From Anaerohalosphaeraceae bacterium (GTDB lineage Bacteria > Planctomycetota > Phycisphaerae > Sedimentisphaerales > Anaerohalosphaeraceae): a stretch of DNA of 64,000 nt. The position numbers were made by a program, and so were the translations under genes. The notes beneath the pieces are model-generated. The model did not search any database and was not told the origin of the DNA. It worked only from the letters and a program-made list of their open reading frames with translations. The stretch spans positions 320,001 through 384,000 of the forward strand of contig CAXXSL010000016.1 of the NCBI GenBank assembly GCA_963675525.2. The letters are read 5' to 3'. Positions within the stretch are counted from its first letter, which is position 1. The number at the start of each line of letters is the position of its first letter. Below are positions 63,302-64,000 of this stretch, piece after piece.

Positions 63302-64000
63302 CTATTTTTTCATGATCGTCTTTTGGAACTTTGCCATCACCAAAAACGCCTTCTTGGGCGATAGTTTTGACGTTAACAGGCCGCCTCCCTTGACCGGCGA
63401 CAAGGGACCATCCGCCAGAGACGAATACGTAACGGTATTGATATAAGGTCTTCCCAGGGCCAGCTTGTAAAATTCCTCAACCCATGTGGCCTGCAGAATG
63501 GGATCCCATTTCTTTCGCCAGCAACCGGCGCTGCCGGCTGACGCGTCCCCGTCGTCACTGTCCGGAATAGATACCCCGGTTATATGGACGGTCTTGGGAA
63601 CTGCGGCAAAACAATCCAGCCGCGAGGCGATCTGCATCATATCCCGCATGTGCATCCCGGGAACATCTTTGCCGAAATGAAACTGCAGACCAAAGGCGTC
63701 AAAGCTGATACCGCTTTGGATCACCATGTCCGCATACACCAGCGGCGGGACCGTCGTTTTATCGTGGGCATAATATTCGCCCCAGGGGTAAACCAATTCC
63801 ACCATCTTGCGTGACTTGGCATCCACGGCTTTGGCCGCCAGGCAGGCGGTTCGCGTCATTTCAATAACCTGTTCGAAATTGAATCCAAAACAGTTCATCG
63901 CATTCATGCCGCTGATGACGCGCCATGCGTGGATGTTTTTGCTGTAGCGATTCACGACCTCGGTGACAAAAGCATAAGCCTGTTCACGAATCTTCTCAAA
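63302..64000 (-). CDS. GH10-like (endo-xylanase-like) TIM-barrel protein; C-terminal part, runs off the window end
   Basis: FDAFGLQFHF, VHIT, QA.W...FY, GLL....PKKAF. Confidence 0.65.
   Translation of the reverse strand, partial: FEKIREQAYAFVTEVVNRYSKNIHAWRVISGMNAMNCFGFNFEQVIEMTRTACLAAKAVDAKSRKMVELVYPWGEYYAHDKTTVPPLVYADMVIQSGISFDAFGLQFHFGKDVPGMHMRDMMQIASRLDCFAAVPKTVHITGVSIPDSDDGDASAGSAGCWRKKWDPILQATWVEEFYKLALGRPYINTVTYSSLADGPLSPVKGGGLLTSKLSPKKAFLVMAKFQKTIMKK

Overview
Chromosomal window from what looks like an anaerobic planctomycete (Phycisphaerae/Sedimentisphaerales-like). That assignment is inferred from a prepilin/H-X9-DG protein, a PEP-CTERM protein, a planctomycete-style GspE-CvpA pair and a GH10-like gene. 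Most of the window is housekeeping: aconitase, hisD/F/H, alaS, recA, gltX, glnS, cysM, thiE, smpB, trpC, two cyclophilins, cimA, fhs-folD and tRNA-Ser(CGA). It also has glycoside hydrolases (GH51, GH43), a NikR/porin/Ni-Co transporter locus and a CzcCBA efflux operon beside the tRNA. Six apparent single-base insertions in the first 20 kb split a LOG gene, alaS, an SDR gene and glnS; these are most likely sequencing or assembly errors. Most notable: (1) a 3.9-kb zone (25.0-28.9 kb) where a REP-associated tyrosine transposase (RAYT) bounded by inverted REPs has truncated an IS110, preceded by a same-orientation array of REP-terminated, partly duplicated DNA modules that share a junction motif; (2) a four-way-junction RNA leader on the IS110 remnant; (3) a three-domain MetF-MetV-AcsE-like fusion protein; (4) a candidate sigma54-driven sRNA with a 26-bp palindromic operator; (5) a Cro/XRE-like HTH inserted into GluRS; (6) a Cys-rich OprB-type porin under a Zur-like box within a nickel locus. 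All calls come from reading the sequence by eye; no searches were run.
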